This document shows positions 39,791 through 49,296 of a stretch of DNA of 64,000 nucleotides, in pieces. Location: positions 64,001 to 128,000 of the forward strand of contig CAVQBK010000004.1 in NCBI GenBank assembly GCA_963710755.1, read 5' to 3'. A program made the position numbers and the translations under genes. Position 1 is the first letter of the stretch. Each line of letters opens with the position of its first letter. The DNA is from an uncultured bacterium (GTDB lineage: Bacteria; Oederibacteriota; JAAXVQ01; JAUVAV01). Under the pieces are notes generated by a model. It did no database searches. It had not been told where the DNA came from and saw only the letters and a program-made list of their open reading frames with translations.

Positions 39791-40670
39791 GTATATGGTG
39801 GGTGAAGCCGTCCGCAGTTTCACCCGTTCCAAGCGGCTCAACCTGATCTCCCTGGGCGCCATGAGCGTATCCCTGATGGCCCTGGGTCTGGTATTGGTGC
39901 TTAATCTGGGCATGTGGCGATTGGCCAATTTTATTGAAGACAAAGTGGAAATCGTGGCTTTTTTAAATGACAGCCTGAGCCAGGACAGTATTGACCGGTT
40001 TTTAACCAAGCTGCATGATCATCCTCAGGTGACGCAAGTGACGTATATTTCCAAGGATCAGGCAGCCAAGGAATTTGAGGAAGACAAAGCCCTTAAAAAG
40101 ATGATGGACGTACTCGGCTCCAATCCTCTGCCGGCCTCGATCCGTATCAGCATTATCGAGAAAACGCCGCAGCATATCAAAGAGTTTACCACCTGGCTTA
40201 ACCAATTCGAAGGTATCGACGAGGTTAGTTATGGCGGCGGCGATGCGGAACGGTTACTTAAAAGCCTGCAATTTATGCGCCTGACCGTACTCCTCTTATC
40301 CGCAGCCCTGGCCGTCTCGGCCATCATTATTATTGCCAACATCATCAGTCTCATGGTCTATGCCCGGCAGGAAGAAATCAGTATTTTGTTGGTGATCGGC
40401 GCGACCCATTGGTTTATACGCGGCCCGTTTTTAATTTGGGGGTTGCTGCAGGGGGCGGCCGGCGGGCTCGTGGCTTCGGGCCTGCTTTATGGCATCTGGA
40501 GACTGCTCGTTTTTTACGCCTTGAGTGATTTGGGCATCGATCTTACCAGTATGCTGACACCGCTTTTAGTCAAGCAGGTACTGGTGGGTGCGGGGCTGCT
40601 GGTGGTGGTGGGTGCGCTTTTGGGCTTGATCGGGAGCGTGGTCTCTCTGGGAAGACGGCTACAAACATGA
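39780..40670 (+). CDS. ftsX: Permease-like cell division protein FtsX
   Basis: TM1, periplasmic domain with NPLPAS, three further TMs, EI..LVIGATHWFIRGPF. Confidence 0.92.
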   Translation: MTIKYMVGEAVRSFTRSKRLNLISLGAMSVSLMALGLVLVLNLGMWRLANFIEDKVEIVAFLNDSLSQDSIDRFLTKLHDHPQVTQVTYISKDQAAKEFEEDKALKKMMDVLGSNPLPASIRISIIEKTPQHIKEFTTWLNQFEGIDEVSYGGGDAERLLKSLQFMRLTVLLLSAALAVSAIIIIANIISLMVYARQEEISILLVIGATHWFIRGPFLIWGLLQGAAGGLVASGLLYGIWRLLVFYALSDLGIDLTSMLTPLLVKQVLVGAGLLVVVGALLGLIGSVVSLGRRLQT

Positions 40671-41863
40671 AACGGCTTTACCTGCCGGCGATTATTCTGA
40701 GTTTGCCCCTCATGCTGCTGAGCAGCCGGGCAGCCGAGGGAGGCGTAAAGGAAAAACTGCACCAGTACCAGAGTTCTATTACGCGGGAACAAAAAGATTT
40801 GCGGTCCATCAGAAGAAAACTGCGTGAACAAAAAAAAATTATTAAAAAAAAACAACGCAAGGAAAAATCGATCCTTAAACAAATCAATGCGGTGGAACGT
40901 CAGATTGACGAAACCAAACAGCAATATGCGGACCATCAGAAAAACTTGAGCTTGGTTAATAAACGTATCAAACACTTGAACAGCGGCATTGTGGCCACCC
41001 GTGCAGATAAGGATGCTTTAAAAGCCATGCTGGCCCAACGAATCCGCCTGATTTATCGCGAACAAAGCAGTGGGTTCTGGAAAATTCTGGCCACGTCGGA
41101 AAATTTAAGTGAAATCCTGCTGCGGCTGAAATTTTTCCATGTTCTAGCCGCTCAGAATGCCTTTTTAATTGATCAATTGCATAAAAAAGAAAGGACCCTG
41201 AAACAACAACAATCTGCTTTACTGAACCGCCGTGCCAAGTCGGAAGAACTGCGGGCCCTGTCGCTTAAAACCTTGTCCAAGGTCAAACGCCACCGGGCGG
41301 AACGGGAAAAAATACTCAACCGTGTTCGTCATGAACGGCAGCAGCATGAACAGGCGGTCAGGGAACTGGCCGCCGCGTCGAAGCGGCTCAATAAATTGAT
41401 CGATCGTCTGGAATCCCGGGCAGCCCGGCTGCAGGAAAAAATCAGCACTGCTGGTAAAGGATTTGCCGCTCTAAAAGGCCGCTTACCCTGGCCTACGCGC
41501 GGCCGGGTAATAAGGACTTTTGGAAAAATCAAGCATCCCCGCTTCAACACCTATATCCATAACAAAGGAATTGACATCGCCGGAAGCATGGGTCAAAATG
41601 TGCTAGCCGTTGGTGAAGGGGTTGTTCTCTTTGCCGAATGGTTTGAAGGATATGGACGCATGATCATCCTCGATCATGGCGAAGGTTATAATACCGTTTA
41701 TGCCCATCTCAATGAACTTCAGGTCAGCGCCGGGGATAAAGTCACCATAGGACAAAAGATCGGACAATTGGGGGATTCCGGATCATGGGAAGGGGCGGAG
41801 TTGTATTTTGAGATACGCGTGCAGGGTAAAGCTGAAAATCCCATTCGTTGGTTGAAACGATAA
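40667..41863 (+). CDS. envC: Murein hydrolase activator EnvC (coiled coil + M23)
   Basis: Long coiled coil, KGRLPWP, GIDI, YAHL, LYFEIR. Confidence 0.88.
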   Translation: MKRLYLPAIILSLPLMLLSSRAAEGGVKEKLHQYQSSITREQKDLRSIRRKLREQKKIIKKKQRKEKSILKQINAVERQIDETKQQYADHQKNLSLVNKRIKHLNSGIVATRADKDALKAMLAQRIRLIYREQSSGFWKILATSENLSEILLRLKFFHVLAAQNAFLIDQLHKKERTLKQQQSALLNRRAKSEELRALSLKTLSKVKRHRAEREKILNRVRHERQQHEQAVRELAAASKRLNKLIDRLESRAARLQEKISTAGKGFAALKGRLPWPTRGRVIRTFGKIKHPRFNTYIHNKGIDIAGSMGQNVLAVGEGVVLFAEWFEGYGRMIILDHGEGYNTVYAHLNELQVSAGDKVTIGQKIGQLGDSGSWEGAELYFEIRVQGKAENPIRWLKR

Positions 41864-41894
41864 TCGTAACTGTTGGTAAGGAGGCGCTTTGAGA

Positions 41895-43412
41895 ATGAAT
41901 GCACTAAAAAGACTATTGTGGGTGGTCAGTCTGGTTTTGTTCGTTACCCTGCTGGGATTTTTCAGCGGCTGGATGGCTGGAGCCACTCAAAAAGCTGTCA
42001 CAGATGTGAGCTTGACCGAAGACAGTTATGAGAGTCTGCGGCCTTTAATCCAATCCATGGCGCTTTTGAAAAGCAATTACGTGGATGAAAAAAAGATCAA
42101 GACCAAAGATCTGGTCTATGGCGCCATCAAGGGCATGGTGGGGGAATTGGATCCTTACAGCCAATTTATGGATCCCCAAAGCTTTAAAGATATGCGCGAT
42201 GACACCAAGGGTTCTTTTGGCGGCTTGGGCATTGAAATCGCAGTACGGGACAAGCAATTGACCATTGTTTCTCCCATTGACGGCACCCCGGCTTACCGGG
42301 CCGGTGTGCAGCCGGGCGACGAGATCATGAAAATTGATGGCGAGAGCACGGAAGGCATTAATATCATGGATGCAGTCCACAAGATGCGTGGTAAAAAAGG
42401 AACCAAATGTGTTATTACCATTCGCCGGCAGGGCGTGGAGGATTGGATAGATCTGCCCCTTGTCCGCGACACGATCAAAATCGAATCCGTGCGATACGAA
42501 ATGCTTGATGGCAAAGTCGGGTATATCCGGCTCACCGAATTTATGGAACAAACCGGTGAGGATTTTGAAAAAGCTTTGCATACCTTGGAGAAAGACGGCA
42601 TGACCGGCCTGATTCTGGATTTAAGGAACAATCCGGGCGGGTTGCTTAATATGGCCGACGAGATCTCAGAATATTTCGTGCCCCAGGGCAAATTGATCGT
42701 CTATACGGAAGGTCGGCACAAATCGCAGGACATCAAATTTTTCTCCACTAAGAAAAGGTCCTATAGCGGTAAACCGCTGGTCGTGCTGGTCAATCAAGGT
42801 TCCGCCTCGGCTTCGGAAATTGTGGCCGGTGCCATTCAGGATCATGATCTGGGTATCATTGTGGGTGAAAGAACTTTTGGCAAGGGCTCGGTGCAGACCA
42901 TTATCCCCCTGGGAGATGGTTCGGCCCTGCGTATTACCACTGCCCGTTATCTCACCCCCAAAGGGCAGATGATCCACGGCAATGGCATTAAACCGGATCT
43001 GGAAGCTCACAGCTTCCGGCCCACAGAGTTGACCACCAAATTTTACCGGGAACGCCGTTTTGAAGAGTTTGCACCCTATTACTTAAAATTGCATCCCCAA
43101 GGCGAGGAAAAAGAAGAGAAGAAAGAAAATGTGGCGGTTTCCGAATCGTCCTGGAAAAAGCTTAAACCTAAAACCCCTGATGAAAAATTGATGGAAATTT
43201 TTGAACAGTGGCTCAAAGAAAATAAGGTGGAGTATACCAAATATCAATTGGCCGAAGACATGGATTACATCCTGGTGAAAATCCGGGAACAGTTGGCCTT
43301 GAAGTTGAAAGGCACCAAGGCTGCTCAAAAAGTGGTCTTGGAAGGCGATCCTCAAATCAAGTCAGCCGAAGACGCCCTGCATATTGCGGCCATGTATGAA
43401 GGCGAAAAATAG
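41895..43412 (+). CDS. ctpA: Carboxyl-terminal processing protease (S41)
   Basis: LDPYS, GGLGI (PDZ), DLRNNPGG, SASASEI, TFGKGSVQ. Confidence 0.93.
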   Translation: MNALKRLLWVVSLVLFVTLLGFFSGWMAGATQKAVTDVSLTEDSYESLRPLIQSMALLKSNYVDEKKIKTKDLVYGAIKGMVGELDPYSQFMDPQSFKDMRDDTKGSFGGLGIEIAVRDKQLTIVSPIDGTPAYRAGVQPGDEIMKIDGESTEGINIMDAVHKMRGKKGTKCVITIRRQGVEDWIDLPLVRDTIKIESVRYEMLDGKVGYIRLTEFMEQTGEDFEKALHTLEKDGMTGLILDLRNNPGGLLNMADEISEYFVPQGKLIVYTEGRHKSQDIKFFSTKKRSYSGKPLVVLVNQGSASASEIVAGAIQDHDLGIIVGERTFGKGSVQTIIPLGDGSALRITTARYLTPKGQMIHGNGIKPDLEAHSFRPTELTTKFYRERRFEEFAPYYLKLHPQGEEKEEKKENVAVSESSWKKLKPKTPDEKLMEIFEQWLKENKVEYTKYQLAEDMDYILVKIREQLALKLKGTKAAQKVVLEGDPQIKSAEDALHIAAMYEGEK

Positions 43413-43502
43413 AAGTACGTGCGTGCGAACGTATTCGTGCCTGTGAAGGTTGACGCGTTCACGGACTAAACCGGCGCTCTAACGGCGCCCTGGCCTGGAA
43501 AT

Positions 43503-43544
43503 GCAAACACCACATTGTCCCAAGGGCACGATGTGGTGTTTTGC
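43503..43544 (+). terminator. Terminator-like hairpin after ctpA
   Basis: AAACACCACATTGT...ACGATGTGGTGTTTT long stem. Confidence 0.5.
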
Positions 43545-43593
43545 TGTTTAAGTGCACCCGTGGGGACACCCCCTGGGTAAGGAGGACATCAGA

Positions 43594-44604
43594 TTGCTGG
43601 TTTTAGGCATTGAAACATCCTGTGATGAAACCTCGGCCGCCATCGCGGACGAATATGGGCAGGTCAAGGCCGTGGTGGTGGCCTCCCAGATGGAGATGCA
43701 TCGAGTTTACGGCGGAGTGGTACCGGAGTTGGCCTCGCGGCAGCACAGCCGGGACATGGCCCGCGTGGTGGCGGAGACCTTCAGTCAGGCCCAATGTACC
43801 TGGCATGATATTGAAGGTGTGGCCGCAACCTATGGTCCGGGCCTGATGGGCGCGCTGCTGGTGGGGCTTAATTATGCCAAGGCTGCGGCCATGGCCAGGC
43901 AATGCCCATTTATTGGCATCAATCACCTGGAAGGCCACTTGATCGCACCTGAACTGAATCATCATCCCATGCCCAAACCCTTTATCGGCTTGGTGGCCTC
44001 AGGCGGTCATACCAGCCTTTATTTAGTGCAAGGGGAAGGGCTTGCTCGCTACGAGCTGCTGGCCGATACCCGCGATGATGCGGTGGGCGAAGCTTTTGAT
44101 AAAGTTGCCAAGTTATTGGGCCTGCCGTACCCCGGTGGACCGGCTATTGAAAAAGCTGCCCGAGAAGCCCAAGGCACGCTGCCCAGGTTTTCCCTACCCC
44201 GCATGAAGGACGGTTCTTTGGAATTTTCCTATAGTGGTCTGAAGACCGCGGTGCGCACCTTGGTGGACCAAATCAAAAAAAAGGGTGAACCTGTGCCCGT
44301 AGCCGAGATCGCTGCTGCTTTTCAGGCCACCATCGTTGCAGATTTGATCCAAAAAACCATGGCCCATATGGAGCGCCACCATGCCCAGGGCATGGTGCTT
44401 ACGGGAGGGGTGGCGGCCAATCAAGCCTTGCGCCAAGCTTTTGCCCAGGCCATGGCCCGGCGTGGTCTGCCGTTTTTTTCGCCACCGGTCAAATGGTGTA
44501 CCGACAATGCGGCTATGATCGCCGTGGCCGGTGCCAAGCGTTTGGCTGCAGGCCAGCGCTCAGGCTGGGATCTGGAAGCTGTGCCCAATGCCAAACTGGG
44601 CTGA
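43594..44604 (+). CDS. tsaD: tRNA N6-adenosine threonylcarbamoyltransferase
   Basis: LGIETSCDET, GGVVPELASR, NHLEGH, SGGHT, DDAVGEAFDK, TDNAAMI. Confidence 0.97.
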   Translation: MLVLGIETSCDETSAAIADEYGQVKAVVVASQMEMHRVYGGVVPELASRQHSRDMARVVAETFSQAQCTWHDIEGVAATYGPGLMGALLVGLNYAKAAAMARQCPFIGINHLEGHLIAPELNHHPMPKPFIGLVASGGHTSLYLVQGEGLARYELLADTRDDAVGEAFDKVAKLLGLPYPGGPAIEKAAREAQGTLPRFSLPRMKDGSLEFSYSGLKTAVRTLVDQIKKKGEPVPVAEIAAAFQATIVADLIQKTMAHMERHHAQGMVLTGGVAANQALRQAFAQAMARRGLPFFSPPVKWCTDNAAMIAVAGAKRLAAGQRSGWDLEAVPNAKLG

Positions 44605-44691
44605 GACAGATCTACGGGCGCTGCTGTTTTGATTCGGCGTCAGCAAGATCTGCGTTTTTGGTCTAGGTAATTTATTTGGTTTGGCATGAGG

Positions 44692-44719
44692 GTCGGGGCA
44701 CGGCGTGCCATGCGCCGAC
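44692..44719. repeat. Degenerate 28-bp REP-like palindrome
   Basis: GTCGGGGCACGGCGTGCCATGCGCCGAC has the same length and architecture as the copies at 2458 and 23431. Confidence 0.55.
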
Positions 44720-44844
44720 GCAAGCCAAGACACACACTGGAAAGGCAAATCAATATGCGTGCAGGGGATCAAAATTTTGAGCCCTTACTTTATAAATTTG
44801 CATGAGGCATTTATTTCCGGCGCTGCCGGTTTGGTAAGGATGAT

Positions 44845-45828
44845 GTGATGAACGAACCATGGATGATAGGCGATGTGGCTATCCACGGCCGGGTGGTACT
44901 GGCACCCCTGGCAGGGGTAAGCCATCTTCCTTTTCGCGCCCTCTGCCGTCGCTATGGCGCCGCTTTGGCTGCTTCGGAGATGATGAGTTGCCACGGCTTG
45001 AACCGCGGCCAACCCAATACCCATCACCTATTGAGCAGCGATGTGCACGATCACCCGGTAGCCTTTCAGTTGTTCGGTGCTGATCCTGAAGCCATGGGCA
45101 AGGCAAGCCTGATTGCAGCTCAGGCAGGTGCTGATATTGTGGACCTTAATTTTGGCTGTCCGGCACCCAAGGTGGTGCGTCATCGCGGCGGATCGGCCTT
45201 ATTAAAGGAACCGTTGCTTTTAGGACAAATCATCGAGGCATGTGCCAAGGTTTGCCCCCGGCCCATAACGGTGAAAATAAGAAGTGGCTGGGATCACGAT
45301 CATATTAATGCTCCTGAGATCGCCAGGATTGCCCAAGATTCGGGGGCTGCGGCTATTGCGGTCCATGGTCGCACCAGGAAGCAAAAGTATGAAGGCCAGG
45401 CCGATTGGGCGGTGGTTGCCAAAGTGGTGAACAGTGTTTCTATTCCTGTCATGGGCAATGGCGATGTGGTGGATGGCCCTTCGGCTCAGGCTATGCTGGA
45501 CCAGACCGGCTGCACGGCCGTGATGGTCGGACGGGCGGCTCTGGGAAGGCCATGGCTTTTCCAGCACATTAATCATTATCTGGCTACCGGGGTGATTTTA
45601 CCGGAACCGGGATTGCAATTGCGTTTGGCTATCATTCGCGAGCTGCATGCTGGTTTAAAACAGCTTAAAGGAGAACGGACAGCCCGTTTGGAAATGCGCA
45701 AACATTCGGCTTGGATTTTAAAGGGCTGGCCCGGCGCAGCCCAAGTGCGCCGACAAATCAATACCTGTGAGGATGAAGCTTCGTTTTTAGGACTTTTACA
45801 GGAATTGGAAATCCAGGCAGGTCTTTAG
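44845..45828 (+). CDS. dusB: tRNA-dihydrouridine synthase B
   Basis: LAPLAG, QLFG, DLNFGCP, VKIRSG, VHGRT, NGD, VMVGR...GRPW. Confidence 0.93.
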   Translation: MMNEPWMIGDVAIHGRVVLAPLAGVSHLPFRALCRRYGAALAASEMMSCHGLNRGQPNTHHLLSSDVHDHPVAFQLFGADPEAMGKASLIAAQAGADIVDLNFGCPAPKVVRHRGGSALLKEPLLLGQIIEACAKVCPRPITVKIRSGWDHDHINAPEIARIAQDSGAAAIAVHGRTRKQKYEGQADWAVVAKVVNSVSIPVMGNGDVVDGPSAQAMLDQTGCTAVMVGRAALGRPWLFQHINHYLATGVILPEPGLQLRLAIIRELHAGLKQLKGERTARLEMRKHSAWILKGWPGAAQVRRQINTCEDEASFLGLLQELEIQAGL

Positions 45829-45906
45829 TTCTAAACAATAACCGCTTGCCAGATCATGGTAATCTATTAGCCGAACTGGTTAAGGCCTGGGCAAAGTCAG
45901 GCGGGA

Positions 45907-46299
45907 TTATGCGTTGCCTTGAACCTTTAAGGTCTCGAACAAATCATCCATTTTTCCAATGTAATCATATTTGATGCGCTCCAGGATCTCTTTGGCGTTG
46001 CGTTCGTTGTCCATATGGAACATGGTGGTGCGATCGTTAAGCATGTTTAAAAAAGCCTGCTTATCCCCGAGCCAGTCCAAACGGCTGGTCGCTTCAATGA
46101 TTTCTTTAGGGCTTTCAACGGTTATGCCCCGGTCTTCGAGAAAAAGACCGAGTGTTTCCCATAGTAATTCACATAAAAATTCAAAACGTAACATCACCCC
46201 GTCATTGGCCAAATCATCACGGGCACGCTCCGCACCTTGTTTTAATTTGGCCAGGGCCTTCTCAAGTCGGACCATTGCTTGATCAATATCTTTTTTCAT
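45907..46299 (-). CDS. HEPN-domain protein (HI0074 nucleotidyltransferase substrate-binding family)
   Basis: DGVMLRFEFLCELLW, SPKEII, DRTTMFH (Rx4H). Confidence 0.8.
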   Translation of the reverse strand: MKKDIDQAMVRLEKALAKLKQGAERARDDLANDGVMLRFEFLCELLWETLGLFLEDRGITVESPKEIIEATSRLDWLGDKQAFLNMLNDRTTMFHMDNERNAKEILERIKYDYIGKMDDLFETLKVQGNA

Positions 46300-46595
46300 G
46301 ATGCACCTTTTTTCTTGAAATAATGGCAAGTTGTGGACCCCCTTACTATCCTCTGGTTGGGATCTTCCGAGAACCTGCTTGTTGTTTGTACACAACGCTC
46401 CACGAGAAAATTATTTTAACAATGATTAAAGGGATTGTCCAATTTTATGCCGATTTTTTCCATAAGGATAGCCTCGGGGGTTTGTGCGGGAAACAAGCCA
46501 CTGCGGTGTGTTGTTTGTCACGGTGGCGGAAATCTGTAATCCATCAGTTCTGTAAGGCCCATGGCGGAAGACTTACAGCAGCCCAAGGGCATTTC

Positions 46596-46624
46596 TTGAC
46601 AAGCAAATTGGGATTTGCTACCGT
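46596..46624 (+). promoter_or_regulatory. Possible sigma70 promoter
   Basis: TTGACA-17 nt-TACCGT upstream of the TPR lipoprotein gene. Confidence 0.45.
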
Positions 46625-46682
46625 AGTACCTTGCTGCAATCATGGCGGTGCGGCCATGTCAGGGACCTGCCTGGGAGGAAAA

Positions 46683-47528
46683 GTGACCATCTCAAAGCCT
46701 TTGGTTATTGGATTATTGTTTTCATTGGCAGCCGGTTGCGCGAGCCTGGGCCATTACTATGGAGAAGGGCAGGCTTATTATCAAACTGGCCGTTATGACG
46801 ATGCCATTAGCGCTTACTACCGCGCCGCGGAACAAGAACCGCAACGCGTGGACGTCCAAATCGGCTTGGCCATGGCTTTTGAAAAAAAAGGCCTGGCTGA
46901 TGAAGCCTTGAGTGCTTGGGAAAAAGCCTGGAGTCTGGATAACAGCAATGCCGAGGTTAAGGGACATCTTGTTCAGGCCTATTATGACAAAGGACAGGCT
47001 TACCGCCAAGCTGGTAAAGTGTCCGATGCTTATGAAGTTTGGCAGAAAGCCCTGCAACTTGATCCGGAGCATACTGCCGTAAGGACTGCATTGGCCCAAT
47101 TGTACAGCGATCAGGGAGAAGACGACAAGGCGGCACTCCAATACCAACAATTGACCACCGCCCAGCCCCGGGATGCAGCGGCCTATCAATCCCTGGGGTT
47201 GGTGTATTACAAGCAGGGGAAATTCAACGAAGCGATCGAGGCCTTTCAACAGGTCCTGCGCCTTGATCCCCAAAACGCCCAGGCTTTTAATAATCTGGGA
47301 ACAGCCTATTTACAAAGTGAACGGGTGGATGAAGCCCTGTCGGCCTTTGAGCAGGCGGCAGGAATTGATCCTAATTTGGCCGAGACCTACAACAATTGGG
47401 GAACCGCCTTTTTTAAACAAGGCCGCTATGGTCAGGCCCGTGAAAAATGGGCTCTGGTCCTTCGTCTTAACCCAGGGAATGAAACGGCCACAAAAAATTT
47501 GGAAACATTGGAAACCCTGGGTTATTAA
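46683..47528 (+). CDS. TPR-repeat lipoprotein
   Basis: GTG start after GGAGG; lipobox AAGC; about 7 TPR units (e.g. AFNNLGTAY, AYQSLGLVY). Confidence 0.85.
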   Translation: MTISKPLVIGLLFSLAAGCASLGHYYGEGQAYYQTGRYDDAISAYYRAAEQEPQRVDVQIGLAMAFEKKGLADEALSAWEKAWSLDNSNAEVKGHLVQAYYDKGQAYRQAGKVSDAYEVWQKALQLDPEHTAVRTALAQLYSDQGEDDKAALQYQQLTTAQPRDAAAYQSLGLVYYKQGKFNEAIEAFQQVLRLDPQNAQAFNNLGTAYLQSERVDEALSAFEQAAGIDPNLAETYNNWGTAFFKQGRYGQAREKWALVLRLNPGNETATKNLETLETLGY

Positions 47529-47599
47529 CTTGCCCGGGTAAACTTGCCGGGGCCGTAATCATTTAACCAAGATTGATCTATCCTTACAAGGAGCACCTG

Positions 47600-48802
47600 A
47601 TGACCTCTTTATCACCTGAAGGCCGGGATTCAGCCCAACCGGCCGAGTCTGCGGATAGAACCGAGCAGAAACCACAAACCAACAAGCCCAGTCGTCCCCA
47701 TCACCGGAGAAACTGGAACAGAAAACCGGGCGCGTACAGGAAAAAAAGAACAACGACTGAAGCAGCGGCCACGGCACCATCCGTGCCGCCAATAGAAGAA
47801 CTGCCGGAGGTGAAGGAAGAAGGGGAAACGCCTCGTCGGCCCGACCATCGTTCCCGGCCCAGCCATCGCAGATCACGTCCTGAGAAGAAGTCTGCTGACG
47901 TGGAACAGGTGACATTGCCTCAGCCTGTGGTTGAGCGGGAGGAGCAGGCGTTGGCGCGCAGCTTGAACCGGGCAGCCGGTCCTATATCTCCCAAAGCCCT
48001 TAAATTCCCTGGGTTAAACACGACGACGGCCAAGCAGGAGATTTTGAGTTCCATTAAAACCATTTTTGAAGAAAGCGGTTTGGAGGCTATTCATTTGGCG
48101 CTTTCCGGGGGCCTGGATTCAGCGGTCACCGCCGGCTTGACTGCGGAAGCTGTGGGCCGGAAGCATCTGCGGCTGATTCATTTTATCGAAAATGAGCGAC
48201 CGATTATGGAAAAGAGCCAGGCGGAGCTGATTGCCAAGTATCTGGGCACCCCGCTGATGGTCCACGACTGCCGCGGCCAAGTGCAGAGCCATATGGACAG
48301 TTTGAAAACCACCAGTTTCAATGTACGTCACCGTCTGTTATGCCGGGAACGGATGACCGCCTTGGTGACCACGGCGGAACATGAACGAAGCCTGGTAATC
48401 AGCGGGATTAATAAAACCAAATGGATGCTGGGATTGACCGTGCCCCATGGGGATATGGCGGGGGTATTGAATCCCATCGGTGATCTTTACCATAGCCAAC
48501 TCATTGAATTGGCTAAAGCCATCAATGTACCCAAGGTGGTGCTTGACAATGCCGAAAAGTCGCTGGTCTTGCCGAAACAAGCTGGTGTGGATGAGCTTAC
48601 TATTACCTGGAAAGAAGCTGATTTTTATCTCTACCAAATGTTGGATGTCAAATTATCCCTGGCCTACCTGATGAGTCTGGAGATTGACGAGGATAAAATT
48701 AAAGCACTCTACCAGCGGCTCAGGGCTTCGGCTCTGCAGCGCCAGGGCTTGATCATCACCGATTTGAGCAAAGCCTATCAGGAACGAAACGGCCAGGGTT
48801 AA
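47600..48802 (+). CDS. Divergent NAD synthetase (NadE)-like protein with long disordered N-terminus
   Basis: LSGGLDSAV PP-loop, RERM, HGD, NPIGDLY, preceded by about 135 aa rich in R/P/E. Confidence 0.65.
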   Translation: MTSLSPEGRDSAQPAESADRTEQKPQTNKPSRPHHRRNWNRKPGAYRKKRTTTEAAATAPSVPPIEELPEVKEEGETPRRPDHRSRPSHRRSRPEKKSADVEQVTLPQPVVEREEQALARSLNRAAGPISPKALKFPGLNTTTAKQEILSSIKTIFEESGLEAIHLALSGGLDSAVTAGLTAEAVGRKHLRLIHFIENERPIMEKSQAELIAKYLGTPLMVHDCRGQVQSHMDSLKTTSFNVRHRLLCRERMTALVTTAEHERSLVISGINKTKWMLGLTVPHGDMAGVLNPIGDLYHSQLIELAKAINVPKVVLDNAEKSLVLPKQAGVDELTITWKEADFYLYQMLDVKLSLAYLMSLEIDEDKIKALYQRLRASALQRQGLIITDLSKAYQERNGQG

Positions 48803-48824
48803 AAAATGGCCCCGGAGGGTTAAG

Positions 48825-49295
48825 ATGGGGAAAAAACAACGATTAAAAAAAGAACGTCAAGCTAAACAACCGTCATCGTCCTCCCGCGCGAGGAAAGCCA
48901 GGGCTTATTGGCCTTGGCTAGTGGGGGTGGCGGTGTTTTTAATCGCTGCCATTACCGTGATTATTATTATGGCCCGCATGAATCAAGACCGGTTGTTACG
49001 TTTCAGTTTGGTAGCTGGCAGCCAGCAGGTGGAGCAGGACCTTGATCGAGCGCTGGGCAGATTTACCATCAATGACGGTCAGGCCTTAAAAGCGTTTTTA
49101 AATGATCTAAGAACCATGGCGGTCGATCCCAGGCTTAATGCTCCGGTGGCGGCCAATTTGAATTTTGTGTTGAACGTGATCAAGGAAATTGTGCGCCAGG
49201 GGGATTTGAAACCCGAAGAATTGGACAAAATTAAAGCTTTGCTCCACGATACTCAAAGAAGGCTTGAGTCTACGAAAGCCAAGCCAAAACCCTAG
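48825..49295 (+). CDS. Hypothetical single-TM protein
   Basis: Basic N-terminus, one TM helix, helical remainder; GGAGG RBS; fits exactly between its neighbours. Confidence 0.65.
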   Translation: MGKKQRLKKERQAKQPSSSSRARKARAYWPWLVGVAVFLIAAITVIIIMARMNQDRLLRFSLVAGSQQVEQDLDRALGRFTINDGQALKAFLNDLRTMAVDPRLNAPVAANLNFVLNVIKEIVRQGDLKPEELDKIKALLHDTQRRLESTKAKPKP

Positions 49296-49296
49296 T

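Noticed and set aside
46480-46590. Cobalamin riboswitch-like GGGAA...GCCACTG with hairpins
   Set aside because: No B12 box or proper element order, it lies upstream of the predicted promoter, and the context is unrelated.
46323-46682. N-terminal extensions in the ORF track (TPR protein; likewise yicC, priA, recX, HEPN, esterase)
   Set aside because: Downstream starts have better RBSs and match family N-termini.
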